Part shown: positions 26,401 through 42,966 of the stretch, piece by piece
Layout: every line of letters begins with the position of its first letter
How positions within the stretch are numbered: position 1 is the stretch's first letter
Source of the DNA: Lama guanicoe
Lineage: Eukaryota
Reading direction: 5' to 3'
Assembly (NCBI GenBank): GCA_013239625.1
Contig: MU053588.1
Coordinates: 1,684,508 to 1,748,507, forward strand
Length of the DNA: 64,000 bases
Program-made: the position numbers and the translations under genes
The notes under the pieces: generated by a model
The model's input: the letters and a program-made list of their open reading frames with translations, nothing else
The model's database searches: none
Told to the model about the DNA's origin: nothing

Positions 26401-29400
26401 CTCCCCAGCCCTAGGGAGCCAGGCTCTGGGGACCAAGTGCAAGTCAGTCGGATCACAGGGCTCACTTGCCTGTGGCTAAGATAAGGCGCTCTTCTCCCTG
26501 TCTCTCCTGGTGTGTATCTGCAGAATCTGTCTGTTGATTCAATCCCTTCTTTTCTATTGCACTTTTCCATTTCTGTCTGCTCTTTCTTGTAGAACAGAGT
26601 GTCTCCCCTATGTGCATGATCTCTCTTTCTCGTCCACTCACTCTCTTTCCGTACCTGCCTTGATTTGCATTCCTTTTTCCCTTTCCTTCCCACTTGCCTT
26701 CTGATTTTTACCCTCTCCTCCCAGCCCCAGTCTCAGTCCATATCTCTGGATCTGAATCTGGTTCCATCCTCGGTGGGACCTTGAGGCCCCAGCATTAGCC
26801 TGCCTTCTCCTGGGCCCCATGGGATTCCACCATGAAGGGGAAAAGAGAGAATGTGTGTGTACAGTTGTGTGTCTGTATATGTGTGTGCTCTGACAGTGCC
26901 CTTACCTGCCTTCTCTATGTGCTGGAACCCAGGGTCCTGCCAACTTTCTCCAAGGGCTGTCTGACCCCACTTTTGTAGTCATTATACATAGCTGTGAGGG
27001 CTGGCATGTGACCTGGGCTGTGTCCTCCCCACTCAGGATGTGCTGGAAGGCGGGAATCTGCGAAACGCTCTGCAGGAGCTACAGCAGATCATCATCACCC
27101 CCATCAAAGCCTACAGTGTCCTCCAGGCCACTGTGGCTGCTGCCGCTGCCACCACCCCTGCTGTCAAGGATGGGGGCCGGGGGGAGCCACCGCTGCCAGG
27201 TGCTGAGCCTCCCCTGGCTCACCCCAGCACAGACAAGGGCAGTGAGGCCAAGGACCCTCCAGCTGCAGAGAGCTACCCTGCTCCACCAACTCCAGCTTCC
27301 ACTGATGGTAGTGAGCCAGCCCCAGCTCCCGTCGCCGACGGAGACATCCCCAGCCAGTTTACACGGGTGATGGGCAAAGGTGAGATCATACAGGGCCCAA
27401 TAGGAAATTCTGGGGAAGGGAGCCAAGTGAACCCAGGCATCAAGGGTCAAATCTAATTTAAATGATGGGAGCAGAGCTTTTTAAAGTACCCTGGGGACTA
27501 GAGCACTGCAGAGAATGGCTAAGACTAAGGATGACAAGGCCCCTGCCCTCAGGTGTGTCCAAGCTGATGGTAGGAGACAGCCCTTACCCTCAAAAGTGTC
27601 TCTATCCTGAGCAGAAAATGAGACAGTGTGTTAGTGAAACTGCATATAGTAAACAATGAACAGATAAGGCAAATCTATTGGTTCTTTCAAAGGGAACTGA
27701 AGTCTACCGGCTGGGTATGGTGAAGCTCTTAATGGGGGCTTGGCCTTTCTTAAAGCAGCATGGCATAGGCAACTTTACACCTGGGTCTATATTCTTTCAG
27801 CTGTGTGACCCCGGACAAGTGACTCAACCCCTCTGAGCCTCAGGCTCCTCAGGCTAAAAATGCCTACACTGATGAGACTGTTGCAAGAGTTAAAAGGAGA
27901 AAAGGTGTCATTGACTTTGTATCTGCCTTGCACTATGACTGGCACTTTATATAGTCTCGTGATAAGCCAGGTACAGTGCTTGGCACATAGCTAGTACTTA
28001 ACTTATCGAGCATGAGTTTCCTGACCCACTCTTTGTGCCATCCAGCTGTGGCTGGGGAAGCTGGAACATGGCAGAGGGCATGCTGGGGGCTAACCTCTTG
28101 CCCTTTCCTGTGTCCCCAAGTATGCACCCAGCTGCTGGTGTCCCGACCAGACGAGGAGAATATCACCAGTTACCTCCAGCTCATCGAAAAGTGCCTGAGT
28201 CATGAGGTAAGGCCTTCTCTAGGGCTTCCAAGAGGGGAAGGGCTGCCCAGTCACTCTCAAGACCAACATTCATTATGTGGCCAACAGTGTCCTGCCTGGC
28301 TAGCCCCGCCCACCTCTCCAGCCCTCATCGCCCCCACGTTGTGTTCAGTGGATGCCCTGAGCTCTCCTTCTCAGATTCAAACATAATCTTCTCTGAAGGC
28401 TGAGCCCCCCTCCCTCCTACTGGTCCCTCAGCTCTCAGTTCAGATGTTTGTATCTCAGGGATATCTTCACCGGCCCTCATAACATCAGGTTTCTTATGCC
28501 TCCTGTGCTTCTCCTCACAGCACTTAGCACAGTTATGATTGTGTATGTGTCTTCTCCCCAACTAAACTGTAAGCTCCGTGAGCACAGGTCACCTCTTTGT
28601 CCCAGCATTGCCCAGCACAGGGCAGGCAGTTGATAAATATTTGAGCAAATGGATAGAAAGCAGATCTGCAAGAAGCACACACACACACACCCCTTCCCCC
28701 GCTGATTCTAGGCTTTCACGGAGACGCAGAAGAAACGGCTGCTGTCCTGGAAACAGCAAGTGCTGAAGCTCCTCCGGACCTTCCCGCGCAAAGCCGCACT
28801 AGAGATGCAGAACTACCGGCAGCAGAAAGGGTGGGCAGGCGGCCAGGGCACAGGGACCTTCCTTCCCTACACCCTTGTTGGTTAACAGATAGTGCTTAGA
28901 GGGGTGATTGTGTTCTGGGCTGGGAATTGGTTCTGTTCATTCAGTCGCTGGGTGACCTTATACAGGTCACCCAGTGAAGACTTCCCCATAAGAAAATCAG
29001 GGTGTCCGATACCCACAGCATAATAGGGTCTTACTGGCAGCTGGATCTGGAGTCTGGATGTTGCTCTACGAAGACCTTGGATAAATTTTTTTTAAAGAAA
29101 GAAAAGAAAAGAAAATCAGGGTGTTCCTACCACTAGAATAGAGTGCTGAGCTGGCAAAACCAGTGCATGTCCTGATAGCCGCCCCTTTCCTGTCCCTTGT
29201 TCTCACCTGTGTGCAGAGTGCTCTGAAGTCCCTTCTCAAATAACAGAAATATTGAGAACTAAAGTTAGGAGAGCTGCTTTGATTGGACTCTAGGAAACCT
29301 TTGTACACTCCCCATCTCCATCCTGGGAGTACCCTTGGGGCAGGAGGAGACAGAACGTACTGTGCAGGGACTTGGACAGAGTAGATCTGTGTTCTGTCCC

Positions 29401-32268
29401 GCGCCTGAGGGTTATAGGGGTAGATGAGTAAGAGATGGGGCCCATCCACCTAAACTGACACCCTGCCTTCTGCTCTCTCACAGCTGGGCATTTGGCTCCA
29501 ACTCACTCCCCATAGCTGGCTCTGTGGGGATGGGAGTGGCCCGGCGGACCCAGCGACAGTTCCCAATGCCTCCGCGGGCCCTTCCGCCTGGTAGGATGGG
29601 CCTTCTGAGCCCCTCGGGCATTGGGGGTATCTCCCCCCGACACGCCCTCACCAGCCCCAGCCTTGGGGGCCAGGGCCGACAGGTGAGCCAGTTGGAAGGA
29701 GAGGGCCTGGCACATCTGGTTTTGGGGTGGTGGTGCCTGAGATGTGTGTGTCCTTCTCTTTGTGTCTGGGCCCAGTTTAGAGGGAAGAAGACTCCCTTGC
29801 CAACTCTACCACTCTAAGTCTGGGCCTCTTCCCCACTCACCTCCTGCTCTCTCTTGTCTCCCATGGCCATGCAGAACCTGTGGTTCGCCAACCCCGGAGG
29901 CAGCAACAGCATGCCCAGCCAGAGCCGCAGCTCTGTGCAGCGTACCCACTCGCTCCCAGTCCACTCATCGCCCCAGGCCATTCTCATGTTCCCTCCAGGT
30001 AAGGTGCCCACCCTTGAGACTGCCTCAACACCCCTAGCTTGCCTTTCTTTTCTGTTCTGGGTCTTGTACGAACTATCCCTTGCATGTGTTGTGTGTGTGT
30101 TTCTCTCTCTCCAGCTCATTGTGTTCATCCCACACATCCCCACCTTCCCCTCTTCCCCCTCTCCCCCGGCCCCCAATCTTCGCATCCCTGATTCCCGCCG
30201 CCCTATCTCTACTTCCCTCCCTGTATGGGTCTTGTACGAACTATCCCTTGCATGTGTTGTGTGTGTGTGTTTCTCTCTCTCCAGCTCATTGTGTTCATCC
30301 CACACATCCCCACCTTCCCCTCTTCCCCCTCTCCCCCGGCCCCCAATCTTCGCATCCCTGATTCCCGCCGCCCTATCTCTACTTCCCTCCCTGTGTCATA
30401 ATCTTAGTGTTTTTGTCTCTGTCACCATCTCTTTCAAGGATCATTAAGTACTCAGCTTGGAAGGGGTAGAGGGGATGAGACAAAGTGAGTTTTCTTTGGA
30501 GGGGAGCCCTGCCTGTCAGTCCACTGGCATGCTTCAGAAGTAGACTTCAGCTCTTGGATCAGATTCTATACTAAAGGTTGTTGGAAGTGAAAGGGCTGTT
30601 TTCTCTCTGCTCACAGACCAGCCTAGAGATGGGAGATCAGAATGAGGGCAAAGTGGGCAAAGGAGAGGTTAGAGAAGTGTTAGCCCTGCATTGCTCAATG
30701 AGACAGAGGTGACATCCTGTGCCAGGCCTGCTGCTGGGTTCTGAGGCTGCAGAGGCAGAGAAGGCTGGTCTGGAAAAGGGAGAAAACTTAGATTTGCCTT
30801 TGACCCTAAGCTCTTAATGTCACAAACAGCCAAATCACTACAGATTCTTAATTTATGAGATTATGTAGACTGCTATCTCTGGGAGGCAGAAGACCCTGTT
30901 AGTCATGTTCATTCTAGCACAGGGCTTGGCATATGGTAGACATCTGTAAATGATGTTAAATGACTGGATTGATGAACTACAGGAGTGAAAAATTAGACCA
31001 GTTCTTTTTATTGGTATGCTGTGTGCTGGACTGTGTGTCAGACAGCTTTCCTGCACTGTTGAAAAATCCTCCCAACTGCACATGTGAAGGCACTGATTCT
31101 ATTCCCATCTTATTAGTCATGAGTCTGAGTCTCAGTGAGGTGACTTGCCCAAGGTCAAAAAATTTTTTCATTAAGGAGAGACAAGTAGATGGTCTAACAT
31201 GGCCTGAGATCAGGATTCAGAGGGGACGTGGTGAGAGGTGAGGTTGGAGGGTGAGAGCAGGATCTTCTACACCCACATAAAAAGATCAGCATTCCTCTCA
31301 AAGCAGTGAGGAGCCCAGGAAGGGTTTTAAGCAGTAGATGGGGGTTAGGGCTACCCAGGGGTCTGGTGGGCTGAATAGGAGGCCCTTTGAGAGGTAGTAT
31401 GAGGACAAGCCCCATGGCTGCTGTCCACATTCGCCCCACCTGCCAGGCCTGCTTCAGGCACATCCTGCCCAGAGGAGCAAGTCCATGTGGGGTGGGAAGG
31501 GTTCTAATGAAGCTTCTGCACCAGGTACAGAGCAGGTCATCAAGGAGCATAGGGCTGTCCAGTGCTCAGGGCAGCTGCCTAGACTGTGCCAGAGGGAACG
31601 TGCAGTGAATGTGTGGCCTCCAGGCAGCTCCCCCTGCTTTTCATCGCTTCCTTTGTCTGCAGGTCAGGTTTTCTCTGTGTCACCAAGCCTCTGTCCTTGT
31701 CATCTGCCTGCTTTGTGACACACCCAGGCCTGTCTCTGTCCTTCATCTCTGCCCAGCCACACCTTCCATCTGAGTGTGCGCATGTCTCACACTCTGCTGT
31801 TTCCATCTCTTGCCTTTTGTCTCTTCTCTCTCTCCCTTTCCCTTTCGTGCCCCTCAGCCTCTCCCTCATTCAAGCCTTTGTCTTCACGTCTCTGCTCTTC
31901 ATCCATCCAGTCCTTACTGTTTCCATTCTCCTTTCTCCTACCCAGACTGCCCGGTCCCTGGGCCTGACCTGGAGATCAATCCCACTCTGGAGTCTCTGTG
32001 TCTGAGCATGACAGAACACGCCTTGGGTGGTGAGCATTTCCTCTTTCCCTGACCCAGCTCCCACCTACCCGGCAGCGTCTCCACCTCTGAACTGAGCAAC
32101 TCAGAGTCATCCTGAGGGGTCCCTAGGGGAGGCCGGACTCCAGGGAGGGCCTGACTGGGATGACAGGCTACCTGAGCGCTTTTTCTTGGGCCTCCTGCCA
32201 GCTGCTGATCTTCCTCCCTTCCTCCCTTTCTTACCACAGATGGGACAGACAAAACTTCCACCATCTGA
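11417..32268 (+). CDS. SAMD4B: Smaug homolog 2 (SAM-domain RNA-binding translational repressor), 12 coding exons, 695 aa
   Basis: Coding exons 11417-11612, 20322-20792, 25150-25389, 25934-26043, 26208-26294, 27037-27379, 28121-28206, 28712-28830, 29484-29682, 29875-29998, 31946-32029, 32240-32268. All GT-AG with consistent phases, total 2088 nt. N-terminus [25 protein letters not shown] domain [55 protein letters not shown]-terminus DGTDKTSTI*. The promoter and first exon lie upstream of the window. Confidence 0.97.
12510..12715 (+). mobile_element. MIR SINE
   Basis: ctctagagtcagac...tttcctcatctttaaaat...gaacagtgcttggcatgtagtaaatactcaataaatgtt. Confidence 0.75.
13560..13780 (-). mobile_element. 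MIR SINE
   Basis: ccccattttacaaatgaaactgaag...gtgacttgccctgggtcgtacagctagtcagaggtggagctggaatttga. Confidence 0.7.
14470..14610. mobile_element. MER5-like DNA transposon remnant
   Basis: tcagaatcacctgg...cagattcctgggcccc...aatcagaatc...gcttgaga. Confidence 0.55.
16480..16730 (-). mobile_element. MIR SINE
   Basis: aggctcagagaggttaaaggactggccca...gagctggattttgaatccaggc. Confidence 0.65.
17885..18100 (+). mobile_element. MIR SINE
   Basis: ctggaggcagacggacctgggttcagatcttggctctgttac...gtgacttaacc...tttcctcatctgcaagatgggg. Confidence 0.7.
20935..21270. mobile_element. MER102-like hAT-Charlie remnant
   Basis: aaaatccagatttcagcttctcttgaaaattcaaaagatctgacaac. Confidence 0.55.
21400..21650 (-). mobile_element. 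MIR SINE
   Basis: atctcatttaatcctcat...cccattctacagatgagagcactgagactcaaaagaggtgaagtc...aaggtcacag. Confidence 0.75.
24180..24910 (-). mobile_element. L2 LINE fragment
   Basis: ttcagggaaggcctcagaagaggtgatact...gtcagatttgcattttaagaaggatccgtgtggctgctgtg...aggaggctgtggcagtaa. Confidence 0.7.
30058..30394. repeat. Near-perfect tandem duplication, unit ~168 bp, in the SAMD4B intron after 29998
   Basis: 30058-30224 and 30226-30394 are identical except (GT)5 versus (GT)6. Confidence 0.95.
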
Positions 32269-33651
32269 CGGGACCCACAGCCCAGCGCACCCATAGTCTC
32301 CCTGGGCGGCGGGCGGGGGCCAACCCCCAACGGGCTTCACTGCGACAGGAAGAGGGTGGGCTGGCTCAGCTATACATTCTAATATTTTTCTACTCTATCA
32401 CCCTTTTAACTTTTGTTTAACATTGGCACATGCCTTGCTCAATCCCAGGCCCGTTGAGGGATCTCTGCTGAGGCCCAGGGAGCAGGGATAGGGGGCAGCC
32501 TGCCTGCCTCTCCTTCCCTCTTTCATCCCCCACCAGGCCCCATCCCACCCCTGCCTCCTCCAAACCACCGGCCACCTGCCCCTCCCAAGGAAACAGTCTC
32601 CTCTAGAGACTCACTGACCCACCATCTTGTGAGGCCTGCTCAGAACCATCTGACATTTAGGGAGAGAACAGCAGGGTCCATAGCCTGCTCTCCTGAATGT
32701 TATTTGAGAGGAGCTGAGAAGGCAGGTGAGGGGAGGAGGGTGTCTGCCCATCTCTCTCCCTCCCTCCCTCTCTCTCCCTCTCTCCCTCTCCTCTCCTCCT
32801 TCCCACCCACTTCTCCTTCCCCATTCTCATCATTCCCCAGGACAGGAGCCACCCTCCTCTCACTCACCTCCTTTTGCCCTGTTTATCAGAGGTTCTCTAC
32901 AATTAATTTCTTAGGCCTATTTAAGATACATATTTATATAGTTCTTAACGGTTTTTCTCTCTAATCATTCCCTCTCATTTTTAGAATCCCCAGGCCTCTC
33001 TCTGAGCCAAGAAAGTGGCAGGGGGAGCCTAAATTTTACAAGAGGAGAGGGCAGAGCCCCCTCCTCCATACCCCCTAGCCCTTCCCCACTTACCCCCAGC
33101 CCTGGCTCCCTAAGATGCAGAGGTTGAAGGTGGGGAGCCAGGGCAGCCAGTGAGGTCAGGAAGTCTGTTGCCTTAACGTCCCCTTCCCCCACCAACACAA
33201 ACCCTTCTCCACTCTCAGGTCTGGTTGCTGAAAAGACTTGGGGGTAAGGAATAAGGGAAAGGGGATGGTTTTTGGTTTCTTTTCCCCACTCCCACTCCCT
33301 TTTCTTTCAACCTTCCCCCCACCATCCCCCGCCATTCTGTCATGACCTCACTTAAGTGGAACACTATATCATAACCCAGAGATTCGTCCCAGCCCTGGAG
33401 TTACACAGACCCTCTGATCCCTGTTCCTACTGAGGGGTTGTGCTAGGGCCCAGGTGGAGGGAAGGGGATTTGGGGGTTCAGGCTGTGGAGAAGCCAGGGT
33501 CCCCTATTCCTCCCCCCTTTCCCCTTAACCTCCCCTCCCCCACTGGGACATTCTCAAGCTTTTCACACCGAAAAGGAAAAAAATGTTATTTTTAGATACA
33601 TTTTATGAATAACTTTTGTTATGAATATGGCTGGTAACCATTGTGTATGTT

Positions 33652-33657
33652 ATTAAA
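33652..33657 (+). terminator. Candidate poly(A) signal ATTAAA in the SAMD4B 3'UTR
   Basis: ATTAAA in an AT-rich stretch with TGTA just upstream. I found no canonical + strand AATAAA between the SAMD4B stop and PAF1. Confidence 0.4.
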
Positions 33658-34420
33658 GATACAAAATGTTGGGAAAAAAACAAAAAACCAAAAAAAAATT
33701 TTAAAACCACCGCCCTCCCTGCACTCTCCCCCAGTTCCCCAGACCTTCTTGCCCCTGTCCTCCTGGTCTGGACCTCCCTCAGCTCTAAGCCCAGGAGAGG
33801 GAGGAAGCCAGGGGGCAGGGTGGCCCTGGGGACCTGCTCTAGGTCCCCACCTCCTCTCCCAGTGCCGGGCTGGGTGGGGTGTCAGGTTTATTTATGTACC
33901 TCTTGCACACTCATCAACCTATGCAAGTCCCCCATCCCGGCTCCTCCATGTTTCTGTGCCTTTGCTCATTCCCCTCCAACTCCCAGGGCTTCTCCAATCC
34001 TCCTCTTAGCCCGGGGAAGTGGGATGGACAGGGGCCACCTCGTTTGGTGTCAGCAGGGTGTCCCTCTTAGAGACCCTCACCTCTTCCCAGCCAGTCCTGT
34101 CTTGTTCACTACCCATCAGGGTGAGCTGGGTCTGCCTGGCACTGGGAGGTGGTGAGGGACACCCCCACACACAATGGGAGGCAAGAGCTGCCACCCTCCC
34201 CCCACCTGACAGCAGAGTATGCAGGACGCAGGCGGCCTCACTCTGATGGGCAGGACCCTGACCCGCTCCCACCCCTCCCTGCCCCCTGGCCCCTCTGCCA
34301 TGATTTCACCCTTCTATCCCCAGCCCCACTGGCAGAATCAGCTTTGAGTAACTGTATAGTTTTTCTCGCTGTTGGAGAAGACATTTGTTGGAGTTTCACT
34401 TGTTTATTGGTCTGGGCTTA

Positions 34421-39057
<4,637 letters not shown>

Positions 39058-39620
39058 GACGATGAAGAAACAGCAACCCTAGACAAGAGCCTTAAGAAAG
39101 TACAAGAAAACGCAAAGGGGCGTGCCGGACGACCAATCCGAGGCAAGGCTCGGGTTGGCGCCGCTCTCCTCAGGGATAGGGTCAGAGTAAGGTGTACTGG
39201 TGAGAAGAGTCCCAGTAACACGAGCAATACTTAGTATTCAGGTAAACGCGCAAGCAGCGCCACGAACTGACTCCCAGGTCCGGCTCCACCAACTGCCGCC
39301 AAGACGCTGAAGACCGCAGGTCGCCTCACACCGTGAGGCCTTCTGGGAAATAGAGTCTGATTGGTTATACATCCGGATTGGCGAACGGCTGCGTAAAGGG
39401 CGGAACGAGGCAGAGAGAGCTTCTTGTGATTGGTGTATTGGTATTTCAGTCTGGACGTCGGATTTGAGAGTCAAGTGTTGGAGGGCGGTTTCTTTCCCCT
39501 CATTGACTGAAGTTTCTGGGAGGCGGAACTAACTAGCAAACAGGGCCTAGAGACGAAGACGCTAAAAAGAAACCGGGAAGACGCACTTGTGACGTACGTC
39601 CGGCGCCGTAAGCGAGGAAG
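39058..39620. promoter_or_regulatory. PAF1/MED29 bidirectional CpG-island promoter
   Basis: Divergent ATGs separated by 563 bp. CpG-rich. ATTGG/CCAAT boxes at 39133, 39360, 39377, 39429, 39437. TTCTGGGAA at 39341. TGACGTA near 39590. YY1-like AAGATGGC overlapping the MED29 ATG. Confidence 0.85.
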
Positions 39621-42600
39621 ATGGCTGCGTCCCAGCAGCAGGCTTCAACGGCTTCCTCTGCCGCTAGTGTGTCGGGTCAGGGTTCGGCTGGTGGCTCGGG
39701 TCCCCAGCAGCAGCCGCAACCACCGGCACAGCTGGTGGGGCCTACCCAGAGCGGACTTCTGCAGCAACAGCAACAGGACTTCGATCCTGTGCAGCGCTAT
39801 AAAATGCTCATCCCGCAGCTGAAGGAGAGCCTGCAGGTGATTGGCCAGGAGCTGCGAGAAGCGAGCCAGATTTGGCTTTCCGACTTCGCTGGGGCGGGCG
39901 GAGGGGTTATTTAGTCTGGGAGAGAGCAGAAGGAGCGTTTGGCAGGAATGAGGAGTGAAACTTGGTACTCTTCGTGAGACCAAAGTGATGCTCTGTGGAG
40001 TGACAGTGCGATGTCTTGAGCCTGAGATTGACAGGAATTCGAGTGGGAGGGAGTTTAAAAGAGAACAACCTAGCTCTGGTGGTTAAAGCCCGGGGAAAGG
40101 ACTTGCCTATACAGAGACTTACCGTGATTGCTGAGTGAAGAAGGTCTCTAAACCATGTCCAGGAGGTTACTGGCGAGAACCCCAGGTGAGAGCGGGCCTC
40201 TGGAAAAATACGGGTGGTTACTGCCCTAGAGAAGAGGAAGCGGGAGTTTCTCTGGAGTGACAGGAGGGCAAGTGCGAAGTGAAGAGGAGGCCTGAGATTG
40301 GTTGTATCTTAAGGAAGAGTGAGGTCTACCAAAAGTGTCCTCTTCTGTTTCTCCATCTCCCACACCTTTTTTTGTAACTAGACCTTGATGAAGGTTGCAG
40401 CCCAGAACTTGATTCAGAACACTAACATTGACAACGGACAGTGAGTACTTTCCTTTCCCCAGGAAATCCTATCTCTATCCTAGTCTTAGAAACTCATCCC
40501 CCCCCTGCACTCCACTCACCCTCGTTTTTCTCTTATTTTCAAGCCTGGCTCCCTAGCGCCTGACCTTGCCCGTTTTGTCCCTTGTACTATTAACTGTCCC
40601 CTGGGCCCTGCCTCGGGTCTCCTGGGCCTATACCTGGTTTCTTGATGGATATTTGGTTGGGTAGTCACGTATTTCCCAGAGATGGCGATCCATTCCCCAC
40701 CTTCTTCTCCTGGACTGTAGGAAAAGCAGCGACGGACCCATACAGCGCTTTGACAAGTGTCTGGAGGAGTTCTATGCACTCTGTGATCAACTAGAGCTCT
40801 GCCTGGTAAGGGGCCTCCTAGACACCAGGTGGCCACAGCCCTGCCTTAGTTCCTGGGGCTTTGGGAACCTTGATTCAGTCAATCAGCACATGCTCACTGA
40901 GTACCTCCTGTGACCCAGACCTGTGCTGATGCTGGGGACATAGTGTTGCCTGAGCCTTGCCCTCACAGAGCTTCCAGTTCAGTGGGGTGACAAATATATC
41001 CTCAAACATTGTCAGCCCAGAGTAGTCAGGGCTCTGATGGGAGAATCTCAGGTCATGGAGGCTATGTCGGGGGAAGCACAGGCAGAAGGGTCAGGGATGG
41101 GATGGGGAATGGGGAGGCATAAGCAGAGGGGTCAGGATTAAAATGAGGGAAGTTCAGGGGGCTGTGGAAGCCCAGAGAAGGCACCTGAGCCTGCCTAGGG
41201 TAGGGTTAGGGAGGAAGTGGCTCAGGGTAGGCTACTAGTGGAGAGCACATCTGAGCTGAGGCTGGAACAGAAATGGAAGAGGGGCGGGAGTTGAGGGGAG
41301 GGCAAATGGCTAAAAGCACAGCCTCTGGAATCAGAGGTACCATGAATCTCTACCTCTGAGCCTTGGGTTCCTCTTTTGGAAAATGGATTTTGGGGGAACA
41401 CTCAGCACAATCTTGCATGTAAAGCACATAACATTGTACTAGGCACATGGTAAATGTTTCCTGTAGTATCATCATCATCATCATCGTTATTTTGAATTGG
41501 GAATTGAAGGAAAACTCAGTTTGAGAAGCCTGGTAGCGGTAGAAGGGTGTTCCAACCAGAGGGAACAGCTTCTGTTTTAAGTTCCCTTTAGGAACATTAC
41601 AACATTCGGTCAGGCTGAAGTGTGGTAGGCACTGGGGCTTGTTGGATTTTGAACGTAGCCCTGAGGGCGCTGCGGAACCATGGAGGGTTTCAAGCAAGGA
41701 AGAACATGGACTCATTTGCTTTTTTAGGAACATGCGCATGCTCTGGCTGCCAAATGAGGGGTGGGTTCCGGGTGGGGGGCTGCAATTGGAGGCTGCGAGC
41801 CCATGGCAGGATTGAAGAGGGCTAGGTTCCAGCAGGGCAGGTCCTAAGGAAGTGGGGACAGGCAGATGGGAGAGACTCTCAGAAGGCTTTGCGCACAGGG
41901 CCGTGGGACTGACTATGGTAGGAGACTCCAGGAGGTGGCCCAGGGCTCTCGTGGAATGGTAGGGCCATCCCTGAGACAGGGACCCAGGGAAAGGAGCAGC
42001 TTGAGGGGCAGAGTCTGAAAGGTCTGGGATTTTAGGGGAAGCTGGACGCACATATGTGTGTCATCAGTGCAGAGGTGGGAACTGAGTGGTGCCTGTGGGT
42101 GCCCTAGAGGGTGTGAGAATGAGAGGAGGACCCGGGACCTGGGAACTGGCACATTTAAGGAAGACTAGGAAGTACCTAGAAGGACCAACCAGAGAAGTAG
42201 GAGGAAAACGAGGAGGAGCAGGTGCCACCAGAGAAGCCAGTGCCAATGCCAGGCCTGGGGTCAGGACAGTGACAGTAATAGCAGTTGACATTCATCAGTT
42301 AGCACTTAAGAGCCAGGACCTGCATCTGTGTCTCATGTACTGCTCTCCGCATTCTCACCTTATGAAGTAGTACAGGTGGTTATTAAACCCATTTTCCAAA
42401 GGAGGAAACCGGCTCAGAGGAGCAGCCACATGCCTGAGGTCACCCAGCAAGTGATTGGTAGGGCCAGGCTCTGACCCCAAGACCCCAGAAAATTCCAGAG
42501 ACCAAAAAGGTTACCCTAGGCTGGCCCTTTGGGTGGGGTTGGCAGTACCCGGAGTGAGGCTGATGTCACACCTTGCCTGCCCCTCCACAGCGCCTGGCAC

Positions 42601-42833
42601 ATGAGTGCCTGTCACAGAGTTGCGACAGTGCCAAGCACTCTCCGACACTGGTGCCCACAGCCACCAAGCCTGATGCCGTGCAGCCTGACAGCCTGCCCTA
42701 CCCGCAGTACCTGGCGGTCATCAAAGCCCAGATTGCCTGTGCCAAGGACATTCACACTGCTCTGTTGGACTGCGCCAACAAGGTCACAGGCAAGACGCCT
42801 GCACCACCTACGGGCCCCGGGGGCACCCTGTGA
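39621..42833 (+). CDS. MED29: Mediator complex subunit 29, 4 exons, 200 aa
   Basis: Exons 39621-39836, 40382-40440, 40721-40805, 42591-42833, total 603 nt. MAASQQQAS...QQQQQDFDPVQRYKMLIPQLKESLQTLMKVAAQNLIQNTNIDNGQKSSDGPIQRFDKCLEEFYALCDQLELCLRLAHECLSQ...GPGGTL*. Confidence 0.97.
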
Positions 42834-42947
42834 GCTGGCAGGGCTGGGAGGGGGCAGGCAGTGTGGGGAGGGGTTGGGGAGGGAATGAAGAGTGGCCTCA
42901 AAGCAGCTTTGTCTCTGACTTTTCTTCCCGCCTGAGCCCTGCGGCCG

Positions 42948-42966
42948 GAGCCAGCAGGGGGCAGCA
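42948..42966 (+). promoter_or_regulatory. CTCF motif (forward)
   Basis: GAGCCAGCAGGGGGCAGCA matches the CCASYAGRKGGCRS core. Confidence 0.6.

Noticed and set aside
32269..34400. Smaug recognition elements (CNGG loops) in the SAMD4B 3'UTR implying autoregulation
   Set aside because: Only weak stems of about 4 bp seen by eye (e.g. near 32356); not supportable without folding and conservation analysis.
41350..42051. 233-aa minus-strand ORF in a MED29 intron
   Set aside because: Runs through L2/MIR remnants and an (ATC)n microsatellite; no coding signature.
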